From: Nitrospirota bacterium
GTDB taxonomy: Bacteria > Patescibacteriota > Gracilibacteria > UBA1369 > LOWO2-01-FULL-3
Length of the DNA stretch: 37,970 bases
Reading direction: 5' to 3'
Assembly (NCBI GenBank): GCA_030598325.1
Contig: JAUVQE010000002.1
Coordinates: 1-37,970, forward strand
In this document: one piece after another, positions 28,967-37,970 of the stretch
How positions within the stretch are numbered: the first letter of the stretch is position 1
Layout: each line of letters starts with the position of its first letter
The notes under the pieces: generated by a model
The model's input: only the letters and a program-made list of their open reading frames with translations
The model's database searches: none
What the model was told of the DNA's origin: nothing
Position numbers and translations under genes: made by a program

Positions 28967-31684
28967 TTATTTGTCTTTATCTTTCTTATCTGTTTCTTCG
29001 CTTTCTTCCACGATTTTTATTTCTATTGCCGATTGGGCGCTATATCCGAGACTGTCTATAACTTTTGCGATAATCAGGTGGCTTGATCCTTCTTCCAGGA
29101 ATTTGGAAATATTTAAGTACCCGTTATATGGGGCGGTTGTTGTGAAGAATTCTTTTTTGTCATCGAGGTAGAATTCGACTTTATCGACTTCATTTTTTGC
29201 TTCAACATCAACTTTTACCTGGAAATTTCCTGTTGCCAGAAGGCTCTGGGAAGTTGGATCAGTGATTGTTATTGATGGGGCTGAGGCCGCTGTTTTTTCT
29301 GTGTGAATGTCGTCATATGTTGTTGGAGGAACACCGATTCTTACCCCGTTTACTTCTCCGGAGGCATCGGTATTTTCGTAATATGCTTTTATTTCGCTTG
29401 CCCAGTTGAGCATGTCGGCTATCGGTTCGTAATTTTGGAAAGTGACTTCCTCGATTGCTTCTTCCGGTGTGTATTCCGTTGCGAGCAGTCCGGAAATTTT
29501 GTCTATTTTTACTATGAAAAAGATATTTTCTGTTTCTGTTGGAATGGAAAAGCTGGGAAATATTTCAGTTACGATCATAGAGGAGGGAGTGGAAGGTCCC
29601 GGAAGATTTCCTGAAGCCTTGGAGATTTTAACGTGTTTGATTCCTTCCGGCTCTGGGAAAGGTTCCGCGGGAATATCTTTTAAGGCCTCTGTCATAACTT
29701 CATTGAAAATGGGGGCGGCGGCGTCATAACCATTTGCGTTGTATCCGAGGCCGGCTCCATCGGTGTTTCCAACCCAAACGCCTGTTACGATGGTTGGGGT
29801 GTAGCCGATTGTCCATGCGTCCGAGGGTCTTACGCCTCCGCTGGAGTCTTTTTTGTTTTCTTTTGTGGAGGTTCCGGTTTTTGCCGCGTTTGGTTTTCCA
29901 CTTATAAATAGTTTTGACCCTACTGCTTCTCCCTGATCGGAAAGAATATCGTTTATCAAGTAGGCTATTTGTGGATCCAGGACTTCTTCAAAATCTTTTT
30001 GTACACGTTCTTCCAATACATCTCCGTTCGCGTTTTCAATTCTTAAAAAGCCTGTCAGTTCCGGTTTTTTCCCGTTGTTTGCGAAGGTGCCAAACGCCGT
30101 GACCATTTCTATTAAAGGAATTTCTCCCGCTCCGAGCGCGAGCGGGTATCCATAGCTGTGTGCTTTGTTTAATGTTGTGATTCCCATGTTTTCCGCAAGA
30201 TCTATGATGTTGTCTTGTTCTCCGGCAAGAAAGTAGGTTTTTATTGCGGGGATATTTCTGGATTGACCAAGCGCCCGCCTCATAGTGATTTGTCCCTGCC
30301 ATTTGCCGTCGTAATTTTCCGGGCGGTCGCTTCCGAGTTTTGTTGGAATGTCGTAAATGACATTTCCCGGGGCGTACCCGTTATAGAATGCCTGTGCGTA
30401 CACGATAGGTTTGAATGAGGATCCGGGTTGTCTTGGTCTTATTACCACATTTACGTTTCCATCTATTTCTTCGTTGAAATAATCTCGTGATCCGACCATG
30501 GAAAGGATTTCTCCTGTTTTTGCGTTGATTGATAAGATCGCAAGATTGTTTGCGCCAAATTTTTCTTCATTTAATTCTCCATATTCTTCCGCGACTTCTT
30601 CCGCTTTGGCTTGAATATCCGGGTCGATTGTTGTGTATACTTTTAATCCTCCCTGTTCAACCACGTCTTTTCCGTATTTGTCTTCCAGTTGTTGTTTTAC
30701 GTAGAGGACGAAGTGAGGGTGTATTATGGCTTCTTTGTAGTCGTTGAATTCTATTGCCTGCAATTCGTTTAGAGCCTCCTGCCGTTCGTCCGCTGTTATT
30801 GTTCCGAGGTCTGTCATGCGTTTTAAGACTAAATCTGTTCTTCCCAGGATGTAGATGCTTTCTTCGTTCCCGAGGTCGACATGCTGGCCGATCAGGCCAC
30901 GAATGTATTCTTCTTCTTCGAGATCTGATTCTTCATCAATATTTCTATAAGCGAGTTCTTCTTCCGTAAATTCTATCAGGAGATGGGAAAATTTATTATT
31001 TCCGTATGGATTGTAGCGGCTTGGGGCTTGCGGAAGAGACGCAAGAATTGAGCTTTCCGCGAGCGTAAGGTCTTTTGCGTCTTTATCGAAATAAACCTCA
31101 GATGCTTTTTGGCATCCATACGCATTGTTTCCGTATGGGATTCGGTTTAGATATAATTCCAGGATTTTTTCTTTATCATAAACGCGTTCAAGACGTATCG
31201 AGAGGATTAACTCTTTTATTTTTCTTGTGTAAGTTCTTTCGGACGAAAGAAAGGTGTTTTTTACATATTGTTGGGTAATCGTGGATCCTCCTCTTGGAGC
31301 ACCGATTCTAAAAAGTTCATACAATACGGCTTTTGCGATGGCGAATACATCAAATCCTCCATGTTGCCAAAATTCATCATCTTCAATTGCGACTGTCGCA
31401 GCTGTTAAGTAGGGGGAAATTTCTTCGTATGGAATTTGTTCTCTGTTTTCTTCACCATGAATTGTGTACAGGAGATTTCCTTCCCGATCGAAGATTTCCG
31501 TTGATTGTGCTGCGGTCAGGTTTTCCAGGTCCACTACGTCGGGCAGGCCTATTGATAATATCGCGATCATTCCTCCTATGGTGATTGTTCCAAGAAGGAA
31601 AAGGCCAATCAGTACTGTGAATACCCAGAAAGCTATTTTTTTGTAAATACTGACCTCTCTGTGTGGTAAGAATCTTTTTAGCAT
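28967..31684 (-). CDS. penicillin-binding protein 1A (bifunctional glycosyltransferase/transpeptidase)
   Basis: N-terminal TM helix. GT51 motifs AIEDDEFWQHGGFD and RGGSTITQQYVKN. Transpeptidase motifs SSFKP and KTGT. The C-terminal extension looks like an Ig-like beta domain and has an acidic tail. Confidence 0.93.
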   Translation of the reverse strand: MLKRFLPHREVSIYKKIAFWVFTVLIGLFLLGTITIGGMIAILSIGLPDVVDLENLTAAQSTEIFDREGNLLYTIHGEENREQIPYEEISPYLTAATVAIEDDEFWQHGGFDVFAIAKAVLYELFRIGAPRGGSTITQQYVKNTFLSSERTYTRKIKELILSIRLERVYDKEKILELYLNRIPYGNNAYGCQKASEVYFDKDAKDLTLAESSILASLPQAPSRYNPYGNNKFSHLLIEFTEEELAYRNIDEESDLEEEEYIRGLIGQHVDLGNEESIYILGRTDLVLKRMTDLGTITADERQEALNELQAIEFNDYKEAIIHPHFVLYVKQQLEDKYGKDVVEQGGLKVYTTIDPDIQAKAEEVAEEYGELNEEKFGANNLAILSINAKTGEILSMVGSRDYFNEEIDGNVNVVIRPRQPGSSFKPIVYAQAFYNGYAPGNVIYDIPTKLGSDRPENYDGKWQGQITMRRALGQSRNIPAIKTYFLAGEQDNIIDLAENMGITTLNKAHSYGYPLALGAGEIPLIEMVTAFGTFANNGKKPELTGFLRIENANGDVLEERVQKDFEEVLDPQIAYLINDILSDQGEAVGSKLFISGKPNAAKTGTSTKENKKDSSGGVRPSDAWTIGYTPTIVTGVWVGNTDGAGLGYNANGYDAAAPIFNEVMTEALKDIPAEPFPEPEGIKHVKISKASGNLPGPSTPSSMIVTEIFPSFSIPTETENIFFIVKIDKISGLLATEYTPEEAIEEVTFQNYEPIADMLNWASEIKAYYENTDASGEVNGVRIGVPPTTYDDIHTEKTAASAPSITITDPTSQSLLATGNFQVKVDVEAKNEVDKVEFYLDDKKEFFTTTAPYNGYLNISKFLEEGSSHLIIAKVIDSLGYSAQSAIEIKIVEESEETDKKDKDK

Positions 31685-31696
31685 ACGAATGTGATA

Positions 31697-33613
31697 CTAC
31701 TTTTTTTTGATATGGAGCGCAAGAGAGCATTGTTTCCCGAATCTTTCCAGGAATTCCGTTTCGATGAGGCGGAATTTTCCAGGATCTGTCGCGTATATGC
31801 TTAGTGTTCCTATGAATTTCCCGTTGATCATTAAAGGAATCAGGATTAAAGTTTTGAATTTGTGGGATTTTACGAGTTTTATTCCCTGGTGTTTTGTTGA
31901 GGCATCAATGTTCTGGATTATTATTGGTCTGCCGGTTTTGAAGGCGTCTTCCGCGAGACTGTTTTCCAGGGTTATTTTGCTTTTGTCCAGCCATTTGTGA
32001 TTAACGCCAAGACAGGATAGAAGCCTTAAGGTTCTTCCTTTTGGCTCCAGGAGTCTGAGTATCGCTCCGTCACATTTTGTGAGCATGCAGACGGCGCTTA
32101 CTATTAATTTTGCGACTTTGTCTATTTTTTCCTCTGACGTGGCAACGTCCGCGATTTCGTTCATATAATCGGCTTGTCTTTTTTGGATACCGAGCTCTTT
32201 GTATGCGTCCTGTATGGCTTCAAATCTTTTTTGGAGTTCGGTGTTAACTTTTTTTCTGTCGGTTATGTCGTTGTAGATGATGAGGTATCCTTTGGATCTT
32301 CCTTTTGAATCGGTTACTTTTGTTATGGAGAGCGAAACATCTATTTTTTCGCCGTTTTTGTGGTGGCGTTTTGTTTCGAAATTGTGGATGAATTTTTTCT
32401 TTTCAACTTCACTGATTATTTTTTTATTTTCTTCGGTAAGTTTTTTTGGGACGATGAGTGGTGATAATTTTTCGCCAAGAACCTCTTTTTCTTTGTATCC
32501 GAATATTTTCATGGCGCCCGCGTTCCATATCTTGATGTGATGGGTCTTATCCAGGATTACAATTGCTTCTGTTGAATTTCGGACGATTTGTTCTGAGATT
32601 CTTTGTTGTTCACGGTGTTTTTTTACCTGTGTCAGGTTTATATGCATGCCATAAGTTCCTCCGGTGTCGGTTGGCGCGCCAATGACTAGAACAGGAATTT
32701 TTTTCCCTTGTTTTGTGACGTATGTTGCTTCGTATTTTGAAGCTATGCCAACAGCCCTGAGCTTGTGGTGTTTGGTAATAGTTCTTTTGCTTTCTTCGTC
32801 AAAACAAAAGTCGGAAGGCTGTCTGATGCATTTTTCCAGGGAGTAACCCGTTGTTTCTTGGTAGACCGTGTTGGTATATATTGTTTTGTGGTGCTTGTTT
32901 CCGATCCAAAAACAGTGATCCATAGCGTTTGCAAGTCTTATCGAGTGCCTGTATTTGATAATAGTGGCTTGTTCTTTGGGTTTTAATGTTGATTTTATAA
33001 TTTTAAATTCTTTGTAGCCGACCAGCTTCAGTAGTTTATTGTCGTCACGACCCAATTTATCCGTTAACTGCATGTTTGTGAAAATCCCGATTGTGCCGCC
33101 ATTTTCAGTGGGTGTTCCGTTTACCAAAACCGTGATCATTTCTCCGTTTTTTTTGATTATAGTTGCTTCGTATTGAGAGGATTCTCCCTTAGTTCTTAGT
33201 TTGTGATGTTTGGCTACGGCTTTTTTGCTTTCCTCGTCAAAACAGAAGTCGGAACGTTTGCCAAGACATTCTTTTAAAGAATACCCGCTGACTTTTGAAT
33301 AAACAGGATTAGTGTAAATAGTATTGTGTTTTTTGTTGCCGATCCAGAAGCATTGATGCATTTTGTTCGCCAAGTTGATATGTGAGGCGACGTCGATAAT
33401 TGATTGTTTATCTTTGACCGAAAGGTCCTTTATTGTGTTGAAATCTTGTTCTCCAACTATTTTTTTGAGTTCTTTGTCGATGTACTCATATGTGTGCTCT
33501 CTGTCCCGACCCTGCGGGTGCCCGGGAGCTGACTTTGCGAGCCTGCGTTGTCGCGTTATTTTTTCTCTTTGCTGTGTGCCTGGTTGTTGCGTTTTGTTTG
33601 TAGTAAATTCCAT
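31697..33613 (-). CDS. PAS-PAS-PAS-GAF sensor protein without recognisable output domain
   Basis: Two tandem, highly similar PAS-like units (CFWIGNK.H.TIYTN.VY...GYSL..C....DFCFDEESK....KHHKLR). A third PAS unit follows (AIVILDKTHHIKIWNAGAMKIFGYKEKEVLG...PAC), then a C-terminal GAF-like domain. It carries element copy D near the N-terminus. ATG 33613 is preferred over GTG 33637, which lies inside the -10 of a candidate promoter. Confidence 0.85.
   Translation of the reverse strand: MEFTTNKTQQPGTQQREKITRQRRLAKSAPGHPQGRDREHTYEYIDKELKKIVGEQDFNTIKDLSVKDKQSIIDVASHINLANKMHQCFWIGNKKHNTIYTNPVYSKVSGYSLKECLGKRSDFCFDEESKKAVAKHHKLRTKGESSQYEATIIKKNGEMITVLVNGTPTENGGTIGIFTNMQLTDKLGRDDNKLLKLVGYKEFKIIKSTLKPKEQATIIKYRHSIRLANAMDHCFWIGNKHHKTIYTNTVYQETTGYSLEKCIRQPSDFCFDEESKRTITKHHKLRAVGIASKYEATYVTKQGKKIPVLVIGAPTDTGGTYGMHINLTQVKKHREQQRISEQIVRNSTEAIVILDKTHHIKIWNAGAMKIFGYKEKEVLGEKLSPLIVPKKLTEENKKIISEVEKKKFIHNFETKRHHKNGEKIDVSLSITKVTDSKGRSKGYLIIYNDITDRKKVNTELQKRFEAIQDAYKELGIQKRQADYMNEIADVATSEEKIDKVAKLIVSAVCMLTKCDGAILRLLEPKGRTLRLLSCLGVNHKWLDKSKITLENSLAEDAFKTGRPIIIQNIDASTKHQGIKLVKSHKFKTLILIPLMINGKFIGTLSIYATDPGKFRLIETEFLERFGKQCSLALHIKKK
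33503..33543 (-). repeat. GC-rich intragenic element, copy D (inside PAS/GAF gene, in frame)
   Basis: The reverse complement matches the 41-mer at 40/41 positions (G>A at position 9). It is read in the same frame as the dxr copy (RLAKSAPGHPQGRD). The shared flank GTTG(T/C)CGCGTT..ATTTTT extends to about 33565. Confidence 0.9.
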
Positions 33614-33637
33614 ATATGGCTTGTAAAAGGCAATCAC

Positions 33638-33666
33638 ATAATCAAGGTTTAATTGCTAAATGTCAA
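33638..33666 (-). promoter_or_regulatory. candidate promoter for the PAS/GAF-PBP1A operon (TTGACA-N17-GATTAT)
   Basis: On the minus strand, -35 at 33666-33661 and -10 at 33643-33638. Confidence 0.35.
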
Positions 33667-33685
33667 CAATAGTTGTCTAATCTCC

Positions 33686-33714
33686 TTGACAGGTGGCCTC
33701 AAAGTGTTTAGAGT
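33686..33714 (+). promoter_or_regulatory. candidate promoter (TTGACA-N17-TAGAGT)
   Basis: -35 at 33686-33691 and -10 at 33709-33714. It is divergent from the PAS/GAF promoter and upstream of ATG 33758. Confidence 0.45.
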
Positions 33715-33757
33715 TGCTTTCCATGATTAAGTGGGGAAGTTGACTAACTGTATTTTA

Positions 33758-35548
33758 ATGGAAAAAGGTGATGGTGATGCGGATGCGGGCGTTAATCCCA
33801 GACATTTGCTGGAAACTACTCTTATCGATATGGTTGAGTTGGGGAGTGGTTGTGCGGGGGATTGCGTGGCTTGCGGGGCCTTTCGAGAGGAATATACGGT
33901 AGAGGAGCGCAAGGTTTGTCCTATTACACCGGAACAATTAGAAGAAAATATATCTCAGGAGATTGTTGATGGTCGTACAGGAACGAGATATCGCCTGGTT
34001 GATTTATTTCGTAGATATATGACTACCGGGGTGGATATGGAGCCTTTGGAGTCTGATATATTTAATGAAGCCGCTGAGTTGATTTATGAGTTAAGCGATA
34101 GAAAGTCAAGGATGGTTGCTATTAGCCATGGGCTTAGGTGTAATGAAGTTCTTGATGAAGAGGGAAAAGTAATAGATTGGGTTCCCAAATCGGATCAGTT
34201 GACCAGGTTGGAAAGATTGGTTCAGTTGATGTTGGAAGATAAAATACCACTTTTTGTTTTATCTATGGATTCGGCGCGGGAGAAAGGTTTGATGGGAAGA
34301 AAGGCAAAAGAGTGCGATAGATTATTAAAAAAACTGGATGATCGAAATAGTCCTTTTATGAAAAGAGTCAGGTTTCAGGCACAAATGCAGCAGAGGGAGG
34401 AGGAGTTGGAAGATCCTGTTCAGCAGGAGACTGAAGAACAATGGGTTGAGCGACTGGCAGGGGTAAAGAAAGCCATTTTAAGATCTGTGCACGGGAAGAT
34501 TCAAAGAGGGATCGAGTTGAGTGATGAAGAATTAGTGATAAAAGAATATCTTAAGTTAAAAAGCGATCTTAGAGAGGCTGTGGTGGAGGCAAACGCTAGA
34601 AGTTACGCGGTGACTGTTTGTGCTCTTCGGCCGGCGATTGAGGCCGGGAAGAGAGTTGCTTTTTCTTTGCAGGGGGATAAGTTCGAGAAGAGTCCGGTTT
34701 ATGTTGGAATAACATATGAAATTTTGCAACGTATGTATAATATTCTTCAGAAAGAATATGGTGTTACCGGAGAGAAATTGTATGAATTAATCTCGCAAAT
34801 AGACATCCAACCTCCACGTTTTTATACCGGTTCGGGCAGGGCGAAAAATTTATTGGATATTGATGAAGATAGAGCGTGTACCGTGATTCCGGATAAAAAG
34901 TTTGTTAAAGGACCGTTTCGCGGTGATCCTTTTAAAATAAATCGTGGACGTGTAAGGCCGGACGGGACTCTTGGAATTCAGTTGTATCGCCCCAAAAGAA
35001 CTTATAACGATACTGTTGATCCAAAGGACAACCCCTGGAGAGCTGTTGATTTAAAGGAGCAGATTTTTGAAACGGTTGAAATAGCTGAGCCGGAGAATTT
35101 TTTGGAGAGACTGGAGTTTAACGCGGAGCCTCGTTTTGTGGCAACTCCGTCTGAACAATGGGTGGAGGATGTGAGTGGAATTTACCCACTGTCTTGTGTA
35201 GATGATGATCAATTTTTGAAGGAACTTGTTGAAAAGGTCTCTTTATATTTTGATTCTGCTGGTGATGATCTTGACTATTGTGGTGAAGATTTACCCGTTT
35301 GGCTTAAGAATTTGCGTCAATATATTGTTGAGGCTTTGATTTCCGATTTCGAAGTTGAAAGTTTTGGTGAGGAGGGAAAATCTTCTGAGGAAATAAGAAA
35401 AGAATTGGCGAATAGAATTATTGAGATGCATACTCCTGTTCTCGGGGAGGAAAATAAGTCTCAAGCTGGGGAGATGGGAAAGATTTTGGCGATTCAGGCT
35501 TTGTTAAAAGAGTTAGGTGTGAATATTGAGCTGGAGGACGAGTTTTAA
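33758..35548 (+). CDS. hypothetical protein with N-terminal CxxxCxxC motif (possible divergent radical SAM core)
   Basis: Long clean ORF. CAGDCVAC at 33851-33874, followed by TTGVDMEPL (GGE-like), MVAISHGL and LFVLSMDS (beta-strand motifs resembling radical SAM). The remaining roughly 400 aa are unrecognisable. ATG 33758 is preferred to GTG 33731. Confidence 0.65.
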   Translation: MEKGDGDADAGVNPRHLLETTLIDMVELGSGCAGDCVACGAFREEYTVEERKVCPITPEQLEENISQEIVDGRTGTRYRLVDLFRRYMTTGVDMEPLESDIFNEAAELIYELSDRKSRMVAISHGLRCNEVLDEEGKVIDWVPKSDQLTRLERLVQLMLEDKIPLFVLSMDSAREKGLMGRKAKECDRLLKKLDDRNSPFMKRVRFQAQMQQREEELEDPVQQETEEQWVERLAGVKKAILRSVHGKIQRGIELSDEELVIKEYLKLKSDLREAVVEANARSYAVTVCALRPAIEAGKRVAFSLQGDKFEKSPVYVGITYEILQRMYNILQKEYGVTGEKLYELISQIDIQPPRFYTGSGRAKNLLDIDEDRACTVIPDKKFVKGPFRGDPFKINRGRVRPDGTLGIQLYRPKRTYNDTVDPKDNPWRAVDLKEQIFETVEIAEPENFLERLEFNAEPRFVATPSEQWVEDVSGIYPLSCVDDDQFLKELVEKVSLYFDSAGDDLDYCGEDLPVWLKNLRQYIVEALISDFEVESFGEEGKSSEEIRKELANRIIEMHTPVLGEENKSQAGEMGKILAIQALLKELGVNIELEDEF

Positions 35549-35551
35549 GAA

Positions 35552-37970
35552 TTATTTTCCTCTGATTTTGCCGCCGAGCGATTCGAGGTTTTTGAAGATT
35601 GCTGATTGGGTTTTTGCCATATCTTTGTCTGTGAGGGTCCGGTCCGGAGTCTGCAGGACTATTTTGAAGGCGACCGCTTTTTTGTCTTTTTCCAGGTTTT
35701 CGCCTTCGTAGATGTCGAAAAGCTCGACTTGTTTTATTAATTCTTTGTTTGCTTTGAAAATAGCTTCTTTTATGGTTTTGATTTCTTTGGTTTTGTCGAC
35801 TATCACTGAAACGTCTAGGAGAATGCTTGGGAATTTTGGTAATGATTTGTAGCTTCTGAGTGGCTGGTCGAGCAAAAGAGCTTTCGTGAAATTGAGTTCA
35901 AATATTGCGATTGAATATCCATCCAGTTCGTGATTTTTTTGGACCTGTGGATGCAGGGTGAATACGTGCGCTAGTGTTTCACCGCTTTTACCTAAATATG
36001 CCAGGGCTTTTGTCGGATGTCCGTATGGGCAATTTTTGAGATCGTTTACCACTTTGACCTTTTTTATATTGAATTTTTCGAAGAATGCCTCCACCGCTCC
36101 TTTTGCTGTGTAGAATGGATCGTCGCTTTTACCTTTTTTTAGAATTACTCCGCCGACGTATTTTTCTTCTAATGGGAAATATTCGCCGATTTCTTTGTAA
36201 GTTCGGCCGATTTCGTAAATTTTGAAATTGTCGAAATATTTTATGTTGAGTTGTAGATTTTTGAGTAAGTTTGGTGAGAGAGATGTTCGTAGGTGAGTTT
36301 GGTCTTCAGATAAATAATTGAGTAATTTGACGTGATTTTTTTCGTCCAGTAAACAGTTTTTAACTTCTTTTTCTCCGTAAAATGAGTAATTGTAGACTTC
36401 GTCGAAGCCGAGCGCGTACGAGAAGAGTTCTCTTGCCCGATGTTTTTTGAATCTTTCGGTGTTTTCTTCCGGTAGGCGGGTTGGAAGCATTGGAAGTGTG
36501 GAGGGGATGTTTTCGTATCCGTAAATTCTTACTACTTCTTCTATTAAGTCGTCTTCGATTAGTACGTCTTTTGTTGAACGGAAGGACGGAACTGTGACTT
36601 CGAAGATGTTTTCGCTTCGCTGCCGCGTGTTGCTTGAAACTTCGAATTCCAGACTTTCCAGGATTTTTTTAATTTCTTTGTCGGAAATGTCTACGCCGAT
36701 TTTTGAGCGGGTTTTATCGGTATTTAGTTTAATTTTTATTGGTTTTTTGTTGAATTTTTCGGTGTCGGTAATAGGTCCCGCTATTTTTGCATTCGGGCAG
36801 ATTTTGAGGATTATTTCTGCTGCTCTTTTGATCGCGAGTTCTGCCATGTGTGGATCCAGAGATTTTTCGAATCTTTGTACCGCGTCAGTTCGGATTCCAA
36901 GTTTTGTTGATGATTTTCTGATGGACGTGGCATTGAAATTTGCGGATTCCAGGATGATTGAAGTTGTTCCGGAATTTATTTCGCTGTTTTCTCCACCGAT
37001 TATGCCGGCAACCGCTACAGGTTTTTCGTGATCGGCGATTACGAGCATATTTTCTGTGAGTTCGCGTTTTTTTCCGTCGAGTGAGGTGATTTTTTCACCT
37101 TTTTTTGCGCGACGGATTATTATTCCTCCCTTTATATAGTTTTTATCGAATGCGTGCATTGGTTGTCCGAGTTCTGTCATCACGTAGTTTGTGACGTCAA
37201 CGATGTTGTTGTGGTTTCCGTGTCCGGTTGCTTTTAGGCGTTTTTTTAGCCAGGGGGGAGAGTCTTCAACTTTAATATTATTAATAATTAGTCCGCAGTA
37301 TCTTGGGCAAAGGTCATAATCTTTGATTTTTACGTCGATTGTTTCTCCTTTTTTTGGAGGAGTGAATTTTGGTTTGAGTTCTTTGAATTTGTATCCTTTT
37401 ATTGCTGAAATTTCTCTCGCGATTCCGTAGTGTCCCCAAAGGTCTGGGCGATGAGTTAGTGATTTGTTGTCGAATTCGATCACGGTGTCTGTTCCTCCAA
37501 AAAGTTTTGCGAGAGGAGTTCCCGGAGTTGGCTTTTGCGCCGAAAGATCGAGAATATCTTCAGGGCCTTCGTCCGGATTTTCCAGGCCTATTTCGGCGCT
37601 TTGGCATATCATTCCATAGCTTTCTTCTCCACGGATTTTTGCTTTTTCGAGTGTGACCGGTTCACCTTCTCCATGCCATCGTACTTTTGCTCCTGGTAGA
37701 GCGACCGCGACACACATTCCTTCTCGTAAATTTTCTCCTCCGCATACAATTTGATGGGTAGATTTGCCTACAGAAGTTTTCGCAATTTTTAATTTGTCCG
37801 CATTTGGGTGGGGGAGTAGTTCTGTTACATGTCCCACAACCATATTTTCGAATTTTTCCGTGTCGTTTATTACGCCCTCTGTCTCGGCGGTTTTCAGCGT
37901 AAGTTCGTCCGCCAGATCACGCGGATCCGCATTCTTTGGAATTTCAACGAAATCTTTTAGCCAATCAAGT
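35552..37970 (-). CDS. pheT: phenylalanine--tRNA ligase beta subunit (5' end just off window)
   Basis: The frame stays open upstream of the ORF-track Met (37843) to the window edge: LDWLKDFVEIPKNADPRDLADELTLKTAETEGV, the canonical PheT N-terminus. tRNA-binding (EMAP-like), B3/4, B5 and FDX-ACB C-terminal domains are recognisable. Confidence 0.95.
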   Translation of the reverse strand, partial: LDWLKDFVEIPKNADPRDLADELTLKTAETEGVINDTEKFENMVVGHVTELLPHPNADKLKIAKTSVGKSTHQIVCGGENLREGMCVAVALPGAKVRWHGEGEPVTLEKAKIRGEESYGMICQSAEIGLENPDEGPEDILDLSAQKPTPGTPLAKLFGGTDTVIEFDNKSLTHRPDLWGHYGIAREISAIKGYKFKELKPKFTPPKKGETIDVKIKDYDLCPRYCGLIINNIKVEDSPPWLKKRLKATGHGNHNNIVDVTNYVMTELGQPMHAFDKNYIKGGIIIRRAKKGEKITSLDGKKRELTENMLVIADHEKPVAVAGIIGGENSEINSGTTSIILESANFNATSIRKSSTKLGIRTDAVQRFEKSLDPHMAELAIKRAAEIILKICPNAKIAGPITDTEKFNKKPIKIKLNTDKTRSKIGVDISDKEIKKILESLEFEVSSNTRQRSENIFEVTVPSFRSTKDVLIEDDLIEEVVRIYGYENIPSTLPMLPTRLPEENTERFKKHRARELFSYALGFDEVYNYSFYGEKEVKNCLLDEKNHVKLLNYLSEDQTHLRTSLSPNLLKNLQLNIKYFDNFKIYEIGRTYKEIGEYFPLEEKYVGGVILKKGKSDDPFYTAKGAVEAFFEKFNIKKVKVVNDLKNCPYGHPTKALAYLGKSGETLAHVFTLHPQVQKNHELDGYSIAIFELNFTKALLLDQPLRSYKSLPKFPSILLDVSVIVDKTKEIKTIKEAIFKANKELIKQVELFDIYEGENLEKDKKAVAFKIVLQTPDRTLTDKDMAKTQSAIFKNLESLGGKIRGK

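Noticed and set aside
32633-33460. PAS duplication as a DGR template/variable repeat pair, or a retron-like system
   Set aside because: No reverse transcriptase ORF is in the window. Both repeats lie within one ORF, and their differences are spread over all base types as far as I can see.
1-37970. Alternative genetic code (UGA recoding, as in some CPR lineages)
   Set aside because: TGA terminates conserved proteins at their expected ends (ispDF, infC). No conserved gene shows in-frame TGA codons.

Overview
This is an AT-rich, gene-dense bacterial chromosome segment with about 35 CDS on both strands and several 1-4 nt start/stop overlaps. It carries mostly housekeeping genes, interspersed with orphan small proteins.

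Recognisable genes in order:
- carB (5'-truncated at the window edge) and recR
- an MEP isoprenoid cluster (ispE, ispDF, dxr) split by an orphan receiver-domain gene
- infC-rpmI-rplT, acylphosphatase, a lipoprotein cyclophilin
- holB and PSP1/ricT, a TPR protein, VanW, a YtxH-like protein, rny
- dnaN, mfd, two paralogous small orphans, tmRNA (ssrA)
- an orphan protein with two internal repeats, ugd, a membrane-tethered ECF-type sigma factor
- rdgB, an O-methyltransferase, a pentapeptide-repeat/K+ channel fusion, PBP1A
- a PAS-PAS-PAS-GAF protein, a 600-aa orphan with a CxxxCxxC motif, and pheT (5' end off window)

I found no rRNA, tRNA, CRISPR array, transposase, integrase or reverse transcriptase. 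Stop codon use fits the standard code, since TGA ends conserved proteins. Weak Shine-Dalgarno signals, many orphans and the gene repertoire suggest a small-genome uncultivated lineage, possibly CPR/Patescibacteria. That assignment is inference only.

The most unusual signal is a 41-nt element with 31/41 G+C, GGCTCGCAGAGTCAGCTCCCGGGCACCCGCAGGGTCGGGAC. It occurs four times at 40-41/41 identity, each time inside a different unrelated ORF (carB, dxr, ytxH-like, PAS/GAF). All four copies lie in sense orientation, never break the frame, and are read in two different frames. It looks like an in-frame intragenic mobile or structured element.

Secondary points:
- a stack of hairpins downstream of ssrA, one of which shares a 13-mer with the carB copy flank
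- near-consensus TTGACA-N17-(TGn)-10 promoters in front of orphan genes, some apparently leaderless
- a promoter-like 15-mer on the minus strand between the paralogous orphans
- a repeat-rich rny-dnaN intergenic region
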